This document shows, one piece after another, positions 42,965 to 51,264 of a stretch of 64,000 bases of DNA. The position numbers and the translations under genes were made by a program. Position 1 is the first letter of the stretch; the number at the start of each line of letters is the position of its first letter. The notes under the pieces were generated by a model. The model was not told where the DNA came from. It did not search any database and saw only the letters and a list, made by a program, of their open reading frames with translations. Source of the DNA: Planctomycetaceae bacterium (lineage in GTDB: Bacteria > Planctomycetota > Planctomycetia > Pirellulales > Thermoguttaceae); assembly GCA_009778035.1 (NCBI GenBank), contig WRKP01000003.1, positions 26,132-90,131 of the forward strand, given 5' to 3'.

Positions 42965-43051
42965 GCGGGGCATACTTTACCCCCTGCTTGACGCTTTTCT
43001 CCAAATCAGTACAATTTCCGAAAGTTAGCCCACGCTAACTAACACCAAACA

Positions 43052-43363
43052 ATGCCCCAGTGCCGACTCAATCAGTTCATCGCCTGCTCCGTGCTCGCTC
43101 TGTATCTGCTTGCGCTCGTTGCCGCACCCGCTCTGCATTGGCACCTCTTCGATCACCATATCGCAATCGCCGAACAGTCGCCCGAAAACGAAGACGCCTG
43201 TCCGCTCTGCGAATTCCTCCGTTCGGCCATTCCGCTCTCCACGGAATACGAACCTCCATCTCTGCAGGCAGATGCCGTTGCCGAAACGGTTCACTCGCCG
43301 GCAACTCCCTTGGTTGCATACGCAACCATTCTTCCGCCAGCCCGCGCTCCACCAAGTGTGTGA
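43052..43363 (+). CDS. Hypothetical small membrane-anchored protein with HWH/HH and CPLC motifs
   Basis: 103-aa ORF. One N-terminal TM (FIACSVLALYLLALVAAPAL), then HWHLFDHH and CPLCEF. It is followed by a family A element whose plus-strand end is hairpin + T6, consistent with a real transcript end. Confidence 0.35.
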   Translation: MPQCRLNQFIACSVLALYLLALVAAPALHWHLFDHHIAIAEQSPENEDACPLCEFLRSAIPLSTEYEPPSLQADAVAETVHSPATPLVAYATILPPARAPPSV

Positions 43364-43421
43364 TGCTCAACAAACAGCACCGCACGTTCGCCGCGTATCC
43401 CAAACTGGTCTGGAATTGCCT

Positions 43422-43514
43422 CCGTCATTCCGGCACAAGCCGGAATCCAGAGGAATCGGCATCGCACGCAGTGTCTGGATTCCGGCTTTTGCCGGGATGA
43501 CTGCTTTTTTGTCC
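43422..43514. repeat. Family A palindromic element
   Basis: CCGTCATTCCGGCACAAGCCGGAATCCAG...CTGGATTCCGGCTTTTGCCGGGATGACTGCTTTTTTGTCC. Confidence 0.9.
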
Positions 43515-43613
43515 AGAGCTTTTTCGTCCAGAGCAAGCAACACGCTCTAGCCGCTCCGCCTGCGGAGGCGATGCGGCTCACATATCCAACCACACTCAAC
43601 CAATATAATCACC

Positions 43614-44768
43614 ATGACAATAATCACCATGACAAACAAATCCAATTACCGAGCGTTCACGCTCGTCGAACTCCTCGTCGTCATCGCCATCATCGGCATG
43701 CTCGTCGCCCTGCTCCTTCCCGCCGTTCAGGCCGCTCGCGAAGCCGCCCGGCGAATGTCCTGTACCAACAACTTCAAACAATGGGGTATCGCCCTGCATA
43801 ACTACTATGCCCAAAATAATGCCATGCCCCGAATGGAAGCACGCTGGGCCGAAATGAATGGACGGGGAAATCCCGTCTGGCCCACCGATACAAACGGCGA
43901 ATACGCCTTCGATCCCGCATTCCCATCCAATACCGACCTGTCGATTCACACTCGGCTCTTCCCCTTCGTTGAGCAGGGAGCGTTTATCGCTGCACACGAC
44001 GAGGCTTTACAGGGGCCGCTTTACCGAACGCGAACCGGCATCAGAACACCGCTGTTGAATCCGATCAATGGCGTTGCCCTGCTGGATTATACGGCTCCGC
44101 TCCTTATCTGTCCCAGCGAATCGGAAAGCCGAATACAGGGAACGGCGGCGGGAGATTCGGGAGCGATCCAGGAAATGATGGGCGGTACGAATTATGTCTG
44201 GTGCAACGGAACCGGCATCGGTCCATTTTGGAGCATTGCCAATGTAACGACTTCGGACGGCTTGTTCAGTCGGCGGACGGGCGGGATGTCGCAAATGCAA
44301 GATGGGAGCAGTAACACGCTGGCAATCAGCGAAACGCTTCTTGCGCAGGCCAGCCGGACGGCAACGACGGACAGAAAAGTATGGCGTCGGGTATTTATGT
44401 CATTTCAGCCTGGCGATGAACTTCCGGCATCGCAGTATGAGGATCTCGACTTGTTGGCAATCGCACAGGGGCTTAATCCAGGGCCGGGCGGCGGCAATCG
44501 CGGATTTCCGTGGCTTTCGTCGCGGGGGACGGCAACGGGATTTTCGACGTATTATGTTCCTAATGCGGGCATACCGGGAAATTGGATACGTAGGATTGCG
44601 GGAGGCGAGTCGGTCAATTCCAATTACAATTTTACGAGCAGCAATCATCCTGGCGGGGTGGGGGGATGTTTTGCCGATGGGAGTGTGCGTTTCATTACGG
44701 ATGGCATCGCATTGGAGGTATGGCGGGCGTTGAGCACGTGTGCAGGCGGCGAGTCGGTTTCGCTGTAA
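43614..44768 (+). CDS. DUF1559 protein with type IV pilin-like N-terminus (second copy)
   Basis: [65 protein letters not shown] ... [17 protein letters not shown]. There are two in-frame ATGs (43614, 43629), created by a 15-bp tandem duplication. Confidence 0.9.
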   Translation: MTIITMTNKSNYRAFTLVELLVVIAIIGMLVALLLPAVQAAREAARRMSCTNNFKQWGIALHNYYAQNNAMPRMEARWAEMNGRGNPVWPTDTNGEYAFDPAFPSNTDLSIHTRLFPFVEQGAFIAAHDEALQGPLYRTRTGIRTPLLNPINGVALLDYTAPLLICPSESESRIQGTAAGDSGAIQEMMGGTNYVWCNGTGIGPFWSIANVTTSDGLFSRRTGGMSQMQDGSSNTLAISETLLAQASRTATTDRKVWRRVFMSFQPGDELPASQYEDLDLLAIAQGLNPGPGGGNRGFPWLSSRGTATGFSTYYVPNAGIPGNWIRRIAGGESVNSNYNFTSSNHPGGVGGCFADGSVRFITDGIALEVWRALSTCAGGESVSL

Positions 44769-44812
44769 TGTGTTGCATTGCCGTTAGTTCTGGAGGTGCT
44801 TTTGCGAGGGAT

Positions 44813-44905
44813 TCACGAGCCGGGGGCTAACGCCCCCGGGTTGGTCTATCAAAAAACATCATATGTCGAACCCGGGGGCTTACGCCCCCGGCTCTTGCGC
44901 TCGAG
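44813..44905. repeat. Family B composite element
   Basis: CACGAGCCGGGGGCTAACGCCCCCGGG-TTGGTCTATCAAAAAACATCATATGTCGAA-CCCGGGGGCTTACGCCCCCGGCTCTTGCGCTCG. Confidence 0.9.
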
Positions 44906-44981
44906 TCGCCTGTTTATGCAAAAAAAGATGCGATAAAACCCGGATGCAGCCGCTGGAGCCGGAAATTCGAGTCGTTCCCGT

Positions 44982-45009
44982 TTGCGGGATCATACTTTTG
45001 TGGTATAAT
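44982..45009 (+). promoter_or_regulatory. Possible sigma-70-type promoter of rplQ
   Basis: TTGCGG-N16-TATAAT with a TGtGg extended -10 context, ~80 nt upstream of the rplQ ATG. Confidence 0.4.
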
Positions 45010-45090
45010 GAGCCAGGAAGGGGCACGAGGATTCACGAAAAACTGCCGGTTTATCGGCACTGCACCGTACAACAATAGCATCATACAACC

Positions 45091-45654
45091 ATGCGACACT
45101 TAAAAAAAGGACGAAAACTTGGACGTAATCCCAATCACCAAAGGGCTTTGCTGAAAAATCTGGTGATTTCCATTCTGATGACCGAACGCGATGCCGAACA
45201 CGATGATAACAAGCCCAAAGTGCCCGGCCGAATCGTTACCACACTGCCCAAAGCAAAGGAAGTCCGGCCGCTCCTGGAAAAGTGCATCACCATAGCCAAA
45301 AAAGCACAAAAGCACATCAAAGCAGCGGAAGAATTTGAGTCCTCCGCCTCCCGAGGCTCCACGGAATGGAAACAATGGCGGGAAAGCGAAACCTGGCAAA
45401 AATGGAACAAGGCGATTGCACCGGCCGTTGCGGCCCGCCGCCGGGTGATGCAACTCATCGGCAACCATAAAGAGGCCGTCGCCATTCTTTTCAATGATGT
45501 CGCACCGCGTTTTGCCGACCGCAATGGCGGATACACTCGGATATTGAAGTTGTCCAAACCTCGTTTGGGCGATGCCGGAAAACGGGCGGTCATCGAATTC
45601 GTCGGCAAAAATGACCGAGCGAAAAAACGAACGCAAAAACCCGTGATGGAGTAG
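45091..45654 (+). CDS. rplQ: 50S ribosomal protein L17, expanded (187 aa)
   Basis: MRHLKKGRKLGRNPNHQRALLKNL...TTLPKAKEVRPLLEKCITIAKK...RFADRNGGYTRILKL aligns by eye to bacterial L17, with two insertions. Confidence 0.9.
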   Translation: MRHLKKGRKLGRNPNHQRALLKNLVISILMTERDAEHDDNKPKVPGRIVTTLPKAKEVRPLLEKCITIAKKAQKHIKAAEEFESSASRGSTEWKQWRESETWQKWNKAIAPAVAARRRVMQLIGNHKEAVAILFNDVAPRFADRNGGYTRILKLSKPRLGDAGKRAVIEFVGKNDRAKKRTQKPVME

Positions 45655-45677
45655 GCTCGTTCGGAATCCGTCAAAAT

Positions 45678-45757
45678 CGTCATTCCGGCGGAAGCCGGAA
45701 CCCAGAGGGACACCTTGCAGGCCATTCGGCTGGATTCCGACTTTCGCCGGAATGACG
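45678..45757. repeat. Family A palindromic element
   Basis: CGTCATTCCGGCGGAAGCCGGAACCCAG...CTGGATTCCGACTTTCGCCGGAATGACG. Confidence 0.85.
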
Positions 45758-45866
45758 ACAACAAGTCCATGCCAATTTGGGAAATGCCTATTTTTATCGC
45801 ACGCGATTGATTTTTCTGCCGTTTATGCTACAAACTGCTGGCGAACTTTTCCCGTTCTCGATACTA

Positions 45867-46697
45867 ATGTCCGACGCATCCACACCGTCCAAATACGAGC
45901 AGTTGAAAAACCATCTACGGCAACTCAAACGGCTCGTCGTCTCGTTCTCCGGCGGCGTCGATTCTACGTTTCTGCTCAAAACCGCATACGACGTCCTGGG
46001 AAATAATGTCATTGCCGTCTCCGCTCGCTCTTCAACGTTTCCAAAACGCGAACTCGATGAAGCAACCGCATTCGCCCAGCGCTACGGCATCGAACATATT
46101 ATCGTTGATTCGGAAGAACTCGACGTCGAAGGCTTTGCAAGCAATCCGCCGAACCGCTGTTATCTGTGCAAAACAGAACTGCTCGGTAAAATTCGGGCCG
46201 TCGCCGACGCTCGCGGGATCGCTCATATTGCCGAAGGTTCCAATGCCGACGATGTTGGGGACTATCGGCCCGGCCTGCAAGCCGTACAGGAATGCAAGGT
46301 GTTGAGTCCATTACGGCAAGCCGGATTGACGAAAAACGAAATTCGGCAACTCTCGAAAGAGCAAGGGTTGCCGACCTGGAATAAGCAGAGTTTCGCCTGT
46401 CTTTCGTCGCGGTTCCCGTATGGCGAAACGATTACCAGAGAACGGTTACGGCGGATTGATTTGGCGGAGCAGTTTCTGTTGGACAATGGATTCCGGCAAG
46501 TTCGCGTTCGTTTTCACGGCAATTTGGCACGGATTGAAACCGACGAAGACGGTTTTCAACAACTTGCCGACCGGGAGTTGCGGAGCCTGATTTATGCCGA
46601 GTTCAAAACAATCGGTTTCGATTATGTTGCACTGGACCTTCTCGGTTATCGGACGGGCAGCATGAACGAAACGCTTACGATTCAGATTTCTCCGTGA
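45867..46697 (+). CDS. larE: LarE-type ATP-dependent sulfur transferase (PP-loop ATP pyrophosphatase)
   Basis: VVSFSGGVDSTFLLKTA (the SGGxDS PP-loop). CYLCK. FACLSSRFPYG. GFRQVRVRFHGNLARIE. Start taken at ATG 45867 (MSDAST). Confidence 0.85.
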   Translation: MSDASTPSKYEQLKNHLRQLKRLVVSFSGGVDSTFLLKTAYDVLGNNVIAVSARSSTFPKRELDEATAFAQRYGIEHIIVDSEELDVEGFASNPPNRCYLCKTELLGKIRAVADARGIAHIAEGSNADDVGDYRPGLQAVQECKVLSPLRQAGLTKNEIRQLSKEQGLPTWNKQSFACLSSRFPYGETITRERLRRIDLAEQFLLDNGFRQVRVRFHGNLARIETDEDGFQQLADRELRSLIYAEFKTIGFDYVALDLLGYRTGSMNETLTIQISP

Positions 46698-46733
46698 TGT
46701 TTGTTTTGGTACAATAGACAAAACAGCAAGAAA

Positions 46734-49256
46734 ATGAGCAAAATGCAGAATCCCAAAAATTACAAAACCAATCTCACGGACTGGCTCTGCATCCATTTCG
46801 TTCGGCTCCACGAAAAAGACGGCGATAATACGCCCTCCGATCCCAATCTCATCAAACGAATCAATCCGGCGGAAAAAGACCCTTGCGGTAAACTGCTCCA
46901 TCCCGTATATTCGCTCGCACAACGAGCAAAAGATCTTCTGCCCCAAATTGCCGGATACTCGCACGATGAACTCCAAAAAACGAAAAAAAATCTGCAATAC
47001 TCCGCCCTTTCGCTGATTTTCGGCTTCGCCCTGCTTCTCCTCGTCGGCGGAGGCGTTGCCAACTTCTTGCCCATCACCCGAGAAGTCAATCTCTTCATCT
47101 TCCTGCTCGCTTTCGCCTGGATTATGTTTTGGCTCGCCTTCTACATCGTTTTTGCGATCGTATCGGCAATCTATCCCGCTTTTTGGCAACGCAGCACCTG
47201 GTTCCAATTTCTCTCCGGCTTCGTCGGCACCGTCTTCGGGCTTCTCGCCTTTCGCCTCTTCACCGTCATCGACAGGCTCCGCGAAAAATGGGGACTCAAA
47301 GAATTGCAGTCGGCTACGACGGTGTTGCCGCCCGACGGTCAGCAACCTACCTTGCGGCAATCGCCCCTGTCCGGCGAGTGTCTTGCATTTTTCTGCTCCA
47401 AAAAACGCTTTTTGGCCAGCACGGCAGCCCTGCTCTCGCATTTCTATTGGCTGACATTTCTGCTCTGCTTGCTCCTTGCCATGCTCTTTTATCTTTGCTT
47501 TGAATCGTATACTTTTTCCGTCCGAACGACTATTTTAACGAGCGATGCCGACAGGACGATCGTCCAAATCCTGAACATTTTGGGGAAACCCGGCACCTGG
47601 CTGGGCCTGCATCCGCCCGTCGATGAACAGCATTTCACGCAAATCAAAAATCCGCATCCCGTTAGAGCCGTACCGAGACCGCCGACGGAAAATGAGGTCC
47701 ATGCCTTTTGGGGCCGATACATTTTAGGCCTTGTCGCAATTTGGGCATTCGCTCCCCGACTGTTTTTGTTTGGCATCGCGTATCTGTCCTATCGCCGCCG
47801 AAGCCGAGATTACCGGCCCGACCTCGCAGAACCCTATTTTGCGGAACTCATCAGGCAGATGGAAGCGGAAATCGAGGCTGACCCGCCAGCGCACGAAATC
47901 GTCGAAACTGTTCCAGCGGAACCGGGATCCAAGCCGGTCAACGTTCCCAAATTGCTGGCTGCCGTCCAATCCATGCAAGGGGTTTTAGCAACCCTGGACT
48001 CGGCAGAGCAGATTTCGTTCGCCAGTCCCCGAGCGTTGGTGTTCGGATGCTTGCCGCATCAGGCAATCCCCGGGGATATTTGGCAATCGCTGCTTCCCGA
48101 CAACGAATTGCAGCAGTTTCATTGCCTTCGCCGGGATGATGCCGACATTGCTTCTTGGCTTGACGGCCATGCCGAACAGGTTCAAAAGGTTGTTATTCTG
48201 CTCGAATGGGGCCTGGTTCTCAGCGGCACGATGGCGGATTCGCTCGAAAATATCATCCGAAAAACGCCCCATGCCGAACATTTTGCGATTTTGTCCGGCG
48301 GGAAACGCTATCGGGCAAAACTCAAAAGCGATGAGCACAAAATTGCCGCCCTGTGGGACGATTACAAGGCCAAATTCAATCGGCACAGCGTCGAATGCTT
48401 GGAATTTGACCTCGATGCTCCGACGGATCACGCTCGGGAATTAGTGCGGGGACGGCTTGCGGGCAAGGATTGTGCATTCCAGATTGCCGGCAAATTTGAC
48501 GAAGCACTGGAATTGATTCTCGCTGCCGCCGAAGAGGATGGCCGAGCGGTGCAAGACCGGACTGCAAAATTGCACGAGGAGATTTCTAAACTTTACGACA
48601 AGGAAATCACCCGGTTTTACAATACATTATCGAACATTCGCTTGCCGGAGGATGTGCTTGAAAAGGCTTTGGATGCCGCCGAAATGTTTCACGATGCGGC
48701 GGGGCGGACGGAGGAATTCATTCGGGCCGAAGTCGAGAATGGAATTAAGAAAGCGTTGGGACTTTGGTATTATCTTCCTCGTCTTAAGACGGCGGGGATG
48801 ATGGCGCTGTCGGGCGCGACGCTTGGAGCGGGCGCAGCGGTTGTTGGAACGGTTGCGGCAGCGGGCCCGTGGGCCGCATTGCCTTTTTTAGCCTACGCGG
48901 CGGGGGCGGGCGGGGGCGTTGGCGGAGCGGTAGCGGGTTCGCTGCCCTTTGTCGGCAATTTACTGAAGGACTCGTTCCCGACGCTGCCCTGGAAGAGGGC
49001 GGAGTCGATGCCGGCAGAGGCGGACGATACTGAAATTGCGGAATTGGTTCGTTCATCAGCGGCTTGGGCATTGACGCTGGAACTCCAGGGATTGCCGGAG
49101 CCGGAATTGGTTCGGCGGCTTAATGAATTTAGCGAAAAATTAGGCATTGTTCAACATGGCAGTCGGCAGGGCAATCGGCTTGCTCAACTATCTGACTGCC
49201 GTGCGGTACTGGAAGGCATTGCGGCGGAATTGCTGATTCCCGAACGGGTCGATTAG
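46734..49256 (+). CDS. Large multi-pass membrane protein of unknown function (start uncertain; TTG at 46701 lies 4 nt after the larE stop)
   Basis: Continuous ~840-aa ORF. It has two TM clusters (aa ~100-200 and ~245-380), a ~350-aa soluble helical middle, and a Gly-zipper TM segment ([42 protein letters not shown]) near the C-terminus. No catalytic motif recognised. Confidence 0.6.
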   Translation: MSKMQNPKNYKTNLTDWLCIHFVRLHEKDGDNTPSDPNLIKRINPAEKDPCGKLLHPVYSLAQRAKDLLPQIAGYSHDELQKTKKNLQYSALSLIFGFALLLLVGGGVANFLPITREVNLFIFLLAFAWIMFWLAFYIVFAIVSAIYPAFWQRSTWFQFLSGFVGTVFGLLAFRLFTVIDRLREKWGLKELQSATTVLPPDGQQPTLRQSPLSGECLAFFCSKKRFLASTAALLSHFYWLTFLLCLLLAMLFYLCFESYTFSVRTTILTSDADRTIVQILNILGKPGTWLGLHPPVDEQHFTQIKNPHPVRAVPRPPTENEVHAFWGRYILGLVAIWAFAPRLFLFGIAYLSYRRRSRDYRPDLAEPYFAELIRQMEAEIEADPPAHEIVETVPAEPGSKPVNVPKLLAAVQSMQGVLATLDSAEQISFASPRALVFGCLPHQAIPGDIWQSLLPDNELQQFHCLRRDDADIASWLDGHAEQVQKVVILLEWGLVLSGTMADSLENIIRKTPHAEHFAILSGGKRYRAKLKSDEHKIAALWDDYKAKFNRHSVECLEFDLDAPTDHARELVRGRLAGKDCAFQIAGKFDEALELILAAAEEDGRAVQDRTAKLHEEISKLYDKEITRFYNTLSNIRLPEDVLEKALDAAEMFHDAAGRTEEFIRAEVENGIKKALGLWYYLPRLKTAGMMALSGATLGAGAAVVGTVAAAGPWAALPFLAYAAGAGGGVGGAVAGSLPFVGNLLKDSFPTLPWKRAESMPAEADDTEIAELVRSSAAWALTLELQGLPEPELVRRLNEFSEKLGIVQHGSRQGNRLAQLSDCRAVLEGIAAELLIPERVD
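47307..47360. repeat. Half-copy of the family C element embedded in frame in the coding sequence
   Basis: TCGGCTACGACGGTGTTGCCGCCCGACGGTCAGCAACCTACCTTGCGGCAATCG compared with copy 3 TCGGCTCTGTCGCACGTTGCCGCCCGGCGGTCGGCAACCTACCTTCAGCAACCG. It encodes ..[18 protein letters not shown].. Confidence 0.7.
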
Positions 49257-50416
49257 CGAGCCGCAACCATCGCGACGTCCTTGTCCCCGCGACCGGAAAG
49301 ATTGACTACGATAATCCTATCGCCCGACATTTCCGACGCAACCTTAACCGCATACGCAACCGCATGAGCACTTTCTATCGCCGGTATAATCCCTTCCGTC
49401 CTGGCCAACAAACCAAATGCCGATACCGCCTCATCGTCCGTGATCGAAACATACTCCGCCCGGCCTGTATCAAATAATTCCGCATGCTCCGGCCCAATGC
49501 CAGGATAATCCAAGCCCGCCGAAATCGAATAAACCGGAGCAATCTGGCCATACGCATTCTGGCAAAAATACGACTTCATTCCATGAAAAACGCCGACACT
49601 GCCCGTCGCAAACGTTGCTGCATTTTGCGGTGTGTCAATTCCTTTGCCCGCCGCCTCGCAACCAACCAACGCAACGGATTTCTCCCCCAAAAACTCATAA
49701 AATGCTCCGATTGCATTGCTCCCGCCGCCGACGCACGCAATCACGCAATCCGGCAGCCGGCCTTCACGCTCCCAAAGTTGGGCCCTGATTTCCTGACCGA
49801 TGATTTTCTGAAAATCCCTGACAATCATCGGAAAGGGATGCGGCCCCATCACGGAGCCGAGCACATAATGCGTATCCTGCATCCGGGCAGTCCATTCCCG
49901 CATCGTTTCGCTGACCGCATCTTTAAGTGTCATCGTGCCCGATGTTACGGCATGAACTTTCGCTCCCAAAAGTTCCATCCGAAAGACATTAAGTGCTTGC
50001 CGTTCGGTATCTTCTTTGCCCATAAAGATTTCGCATTCGAGTCCCAACAGAGCGGCGGCGGTTGCCGTCGCGACACCGTGTTGGCCCGCACCGGTTTCGG
50101 CAATCACTCGGGTCTTCCCCATCTTTTTCGCGAGCAATGTTTGGCCCAGCACATTGTTGATTTTATGCGAGCCGGTATGGTTCAGGTCTTCGCGTTTGAG
50201 ATAGATTTTTGCTCCGCCGAGTTCTTTGGTCAATTTTGCGGCAAAGTAGAGCAGCGAGGGCCGACCGGCATAATCGGTTAGCAGTTGCGAAAATTCTTGC
50301 TGGAAGTCGGCATCGTTTTGATAAAATGCGTAGGCTTTTTCCAATTCCAGCACCGCATTCATCAGCGTTTCCGGGATGTATTGCCCTCCGTGTTGTCCGA
50401 AGCGTCCGTTGTGCAT
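49253..50416 (-). CDS. trpB: Tryptophan synthase beta chain
   Basis: [26 protein letters not shown] and HTGSHKINN (PLP lysine). 387 aa. Confidence 0.95.
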   Translation of the reverse strand: MHNGRFGQHGGQYIPETLMNAVLELEKAYAFYQNDADFQQEFSQLLTDYAGRPSLLYFAAKLTKELGGAKIYLKREDLNHTGSHKINNVLGQTLLAKKMGKTRVIAETGAGQHGVATATAAALLGLECEIFMGKEDTERQALNVFRMELLGAKVHAVTSGTMTLKDAVSETMREWTARMQDTHYVLGSVMGPHPFPMIVRDFQKIIGQEIRAQLWEREGRLPDCVIACVGGGSNAIGAFYEFLGEKSVALVGCEAAGKGIDTPQNAATFATGSVGVFHGMKSYFCQNAYGQIAPVYSISAGLDYPGIGPEHAELFDTGRAEYVSITDDEAVSAFGLLARTEGIIPAIESAHAVAYAVKVASEMSGDRIIVVNLSGRGDKDVAMVAAR

Positions 50417-50428
50417 GGTTTGTTAAAT

Positions 50429-50459
50429 GTTAGCCGCGTCGCCCTGCGACTCGCACGAC
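50429..50459. repeat. Family D short element
   Basis: GTTAGCCGCGTCGCCCTGCGACTCGCACGAC. Shares a 20-nt core with 15428-15459. Confidence 0.55.
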
Positions 50460-50532
50460 TCTCCGACGGAGGGGCCATTCTAGCATATCGTTATGGGCAA
50501 TGCAACCGACACGGCATGAGCAAATCCTGTCG

Positions 50533-50558
50533 GCACGAGCCGGGCGTCAGCCCCTGGG
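50533..50558. repeat. Family B element, degenerate, overlapping the ilvN stop codon
   Basis: CACGAGCCGGGCGTCAGCCCCTGGGC. Confidence 0.45.
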
Positions 50559-51020
50559 CAGGGCGATGATTCCACTGCGGACGAGTTCGATAATGCCAAA
50601 GGGACGCATCGCTTCGACGAAGCCCTCCAGTTTCGTGGCCTGACCGGAAATCTCAATCATCATTGTCGTATCGCTGACATCGACGACTTTGCCTCGAAAG
50701 ATGTTGACCATTTCGAGAATTTTGCTCCGCGCACCAGGCAGTGCTTCGACTTTCATAAGCATCAGGTCTCTTTCGACATGCTTTTGATTGGTAATATCTT
50801 TGGCTTGGACGACGGTAACGAGTTTTTGCAATTGTTTAAGGACTTGTTCTTGTACTTTTTCACCGCCGACGACGACGAAAGTCATACGGGACAGTTTTGG
50901 ATTTTCCGTTTCGCCGACGGCCAAACTGTCGATATTATAACCGCGTGCGGCGAGCATTCCCGATATATGGGAGAGCACACCGGGAACGTTTTGAACAAGA
51001 GCGGAAATTACGTGTCTCAT
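50547..51020 (-). CDS. ilvN: Acetolactate synthase small (regulatory) subunit
   Basis: MRHVISALVQNVPGVLSHISGMLAARGYNIDSLAVGETE (ACT domain) ... ELVRSGIIALPRG. Confidence 0.9.
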   Translation of the reverse strand: MRHVISALVQNVPGVLSHISGMLAARGYNIDSLAVGETENPKLSRMTFVVVGGEKVQEQVLKQLQKLVTVVQAKDITNQKHVERDLMLMKVEALPGARSKILEMVNIFRGKVVDVSDTTMMIEISGQATKLEGFVEAMRPFGIIELVRSGIIALPRG

Positions 51021-51075
51021 GGTAGAAATCAGTTTACCGCATTTTTCCGTTTTGGCAAGGCCAAACGTTTTGCGG

Positions 51076-51103
51076 GCAAGGGGGGCTGACGCCCCGCCCC
51101 GGC
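51076..51103. repeat. Family B element, degenerate
   Basis: GCAAGGGGGGCTGACGCCCCGCCCCGGC. Confidence 0.5.
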
Positions 51104-51130
51104 ACCCTCTCGCAAATCTCTAATTTTCGC

Positions 51131-51158
51131 TTGCTTATTGCCAAATACATGCTATAAT
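51131..51158 (+). promoter_or_regulatory. Possible sigma-70-type promoter of the chemoreceptor gene
   Basis: TTGCTT-N16-TATAAT with a TGc extended -10. ~105 nt upstream of the ATG at 51265. Confidence 0.4.
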
Positions 51159-51264
51159 AACCCGTCGAACCGCATTTCTGCGCCGAAAACAGCATAAAAT
51201 TTCGACGATTGCGGCTCTTGGGCTTCACAACGGACGAAATATCCTCTAAAAACGACATCCAAAA

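Noticed and set aside
46446-47441. 331-aa minus-strand ORF overlapping the larE 3' end and the membrane-protein gene
   Set aside because: It is antisense to two well-supported plus-strand genes. Part of its sequence is just the family C pseudo-peptide.
50533-50558. Idea that a family B repeat supplies a foreign C-terminus and stop codon to ilvN
   Set aside because: The encoded end (..ELVRSGIIALPRG) matches the conserved native C-terminus of acetolactate synthase small subunits. The repeat-like hairpin therefore merely overlaps the 3' end, and this copy is degenerate.
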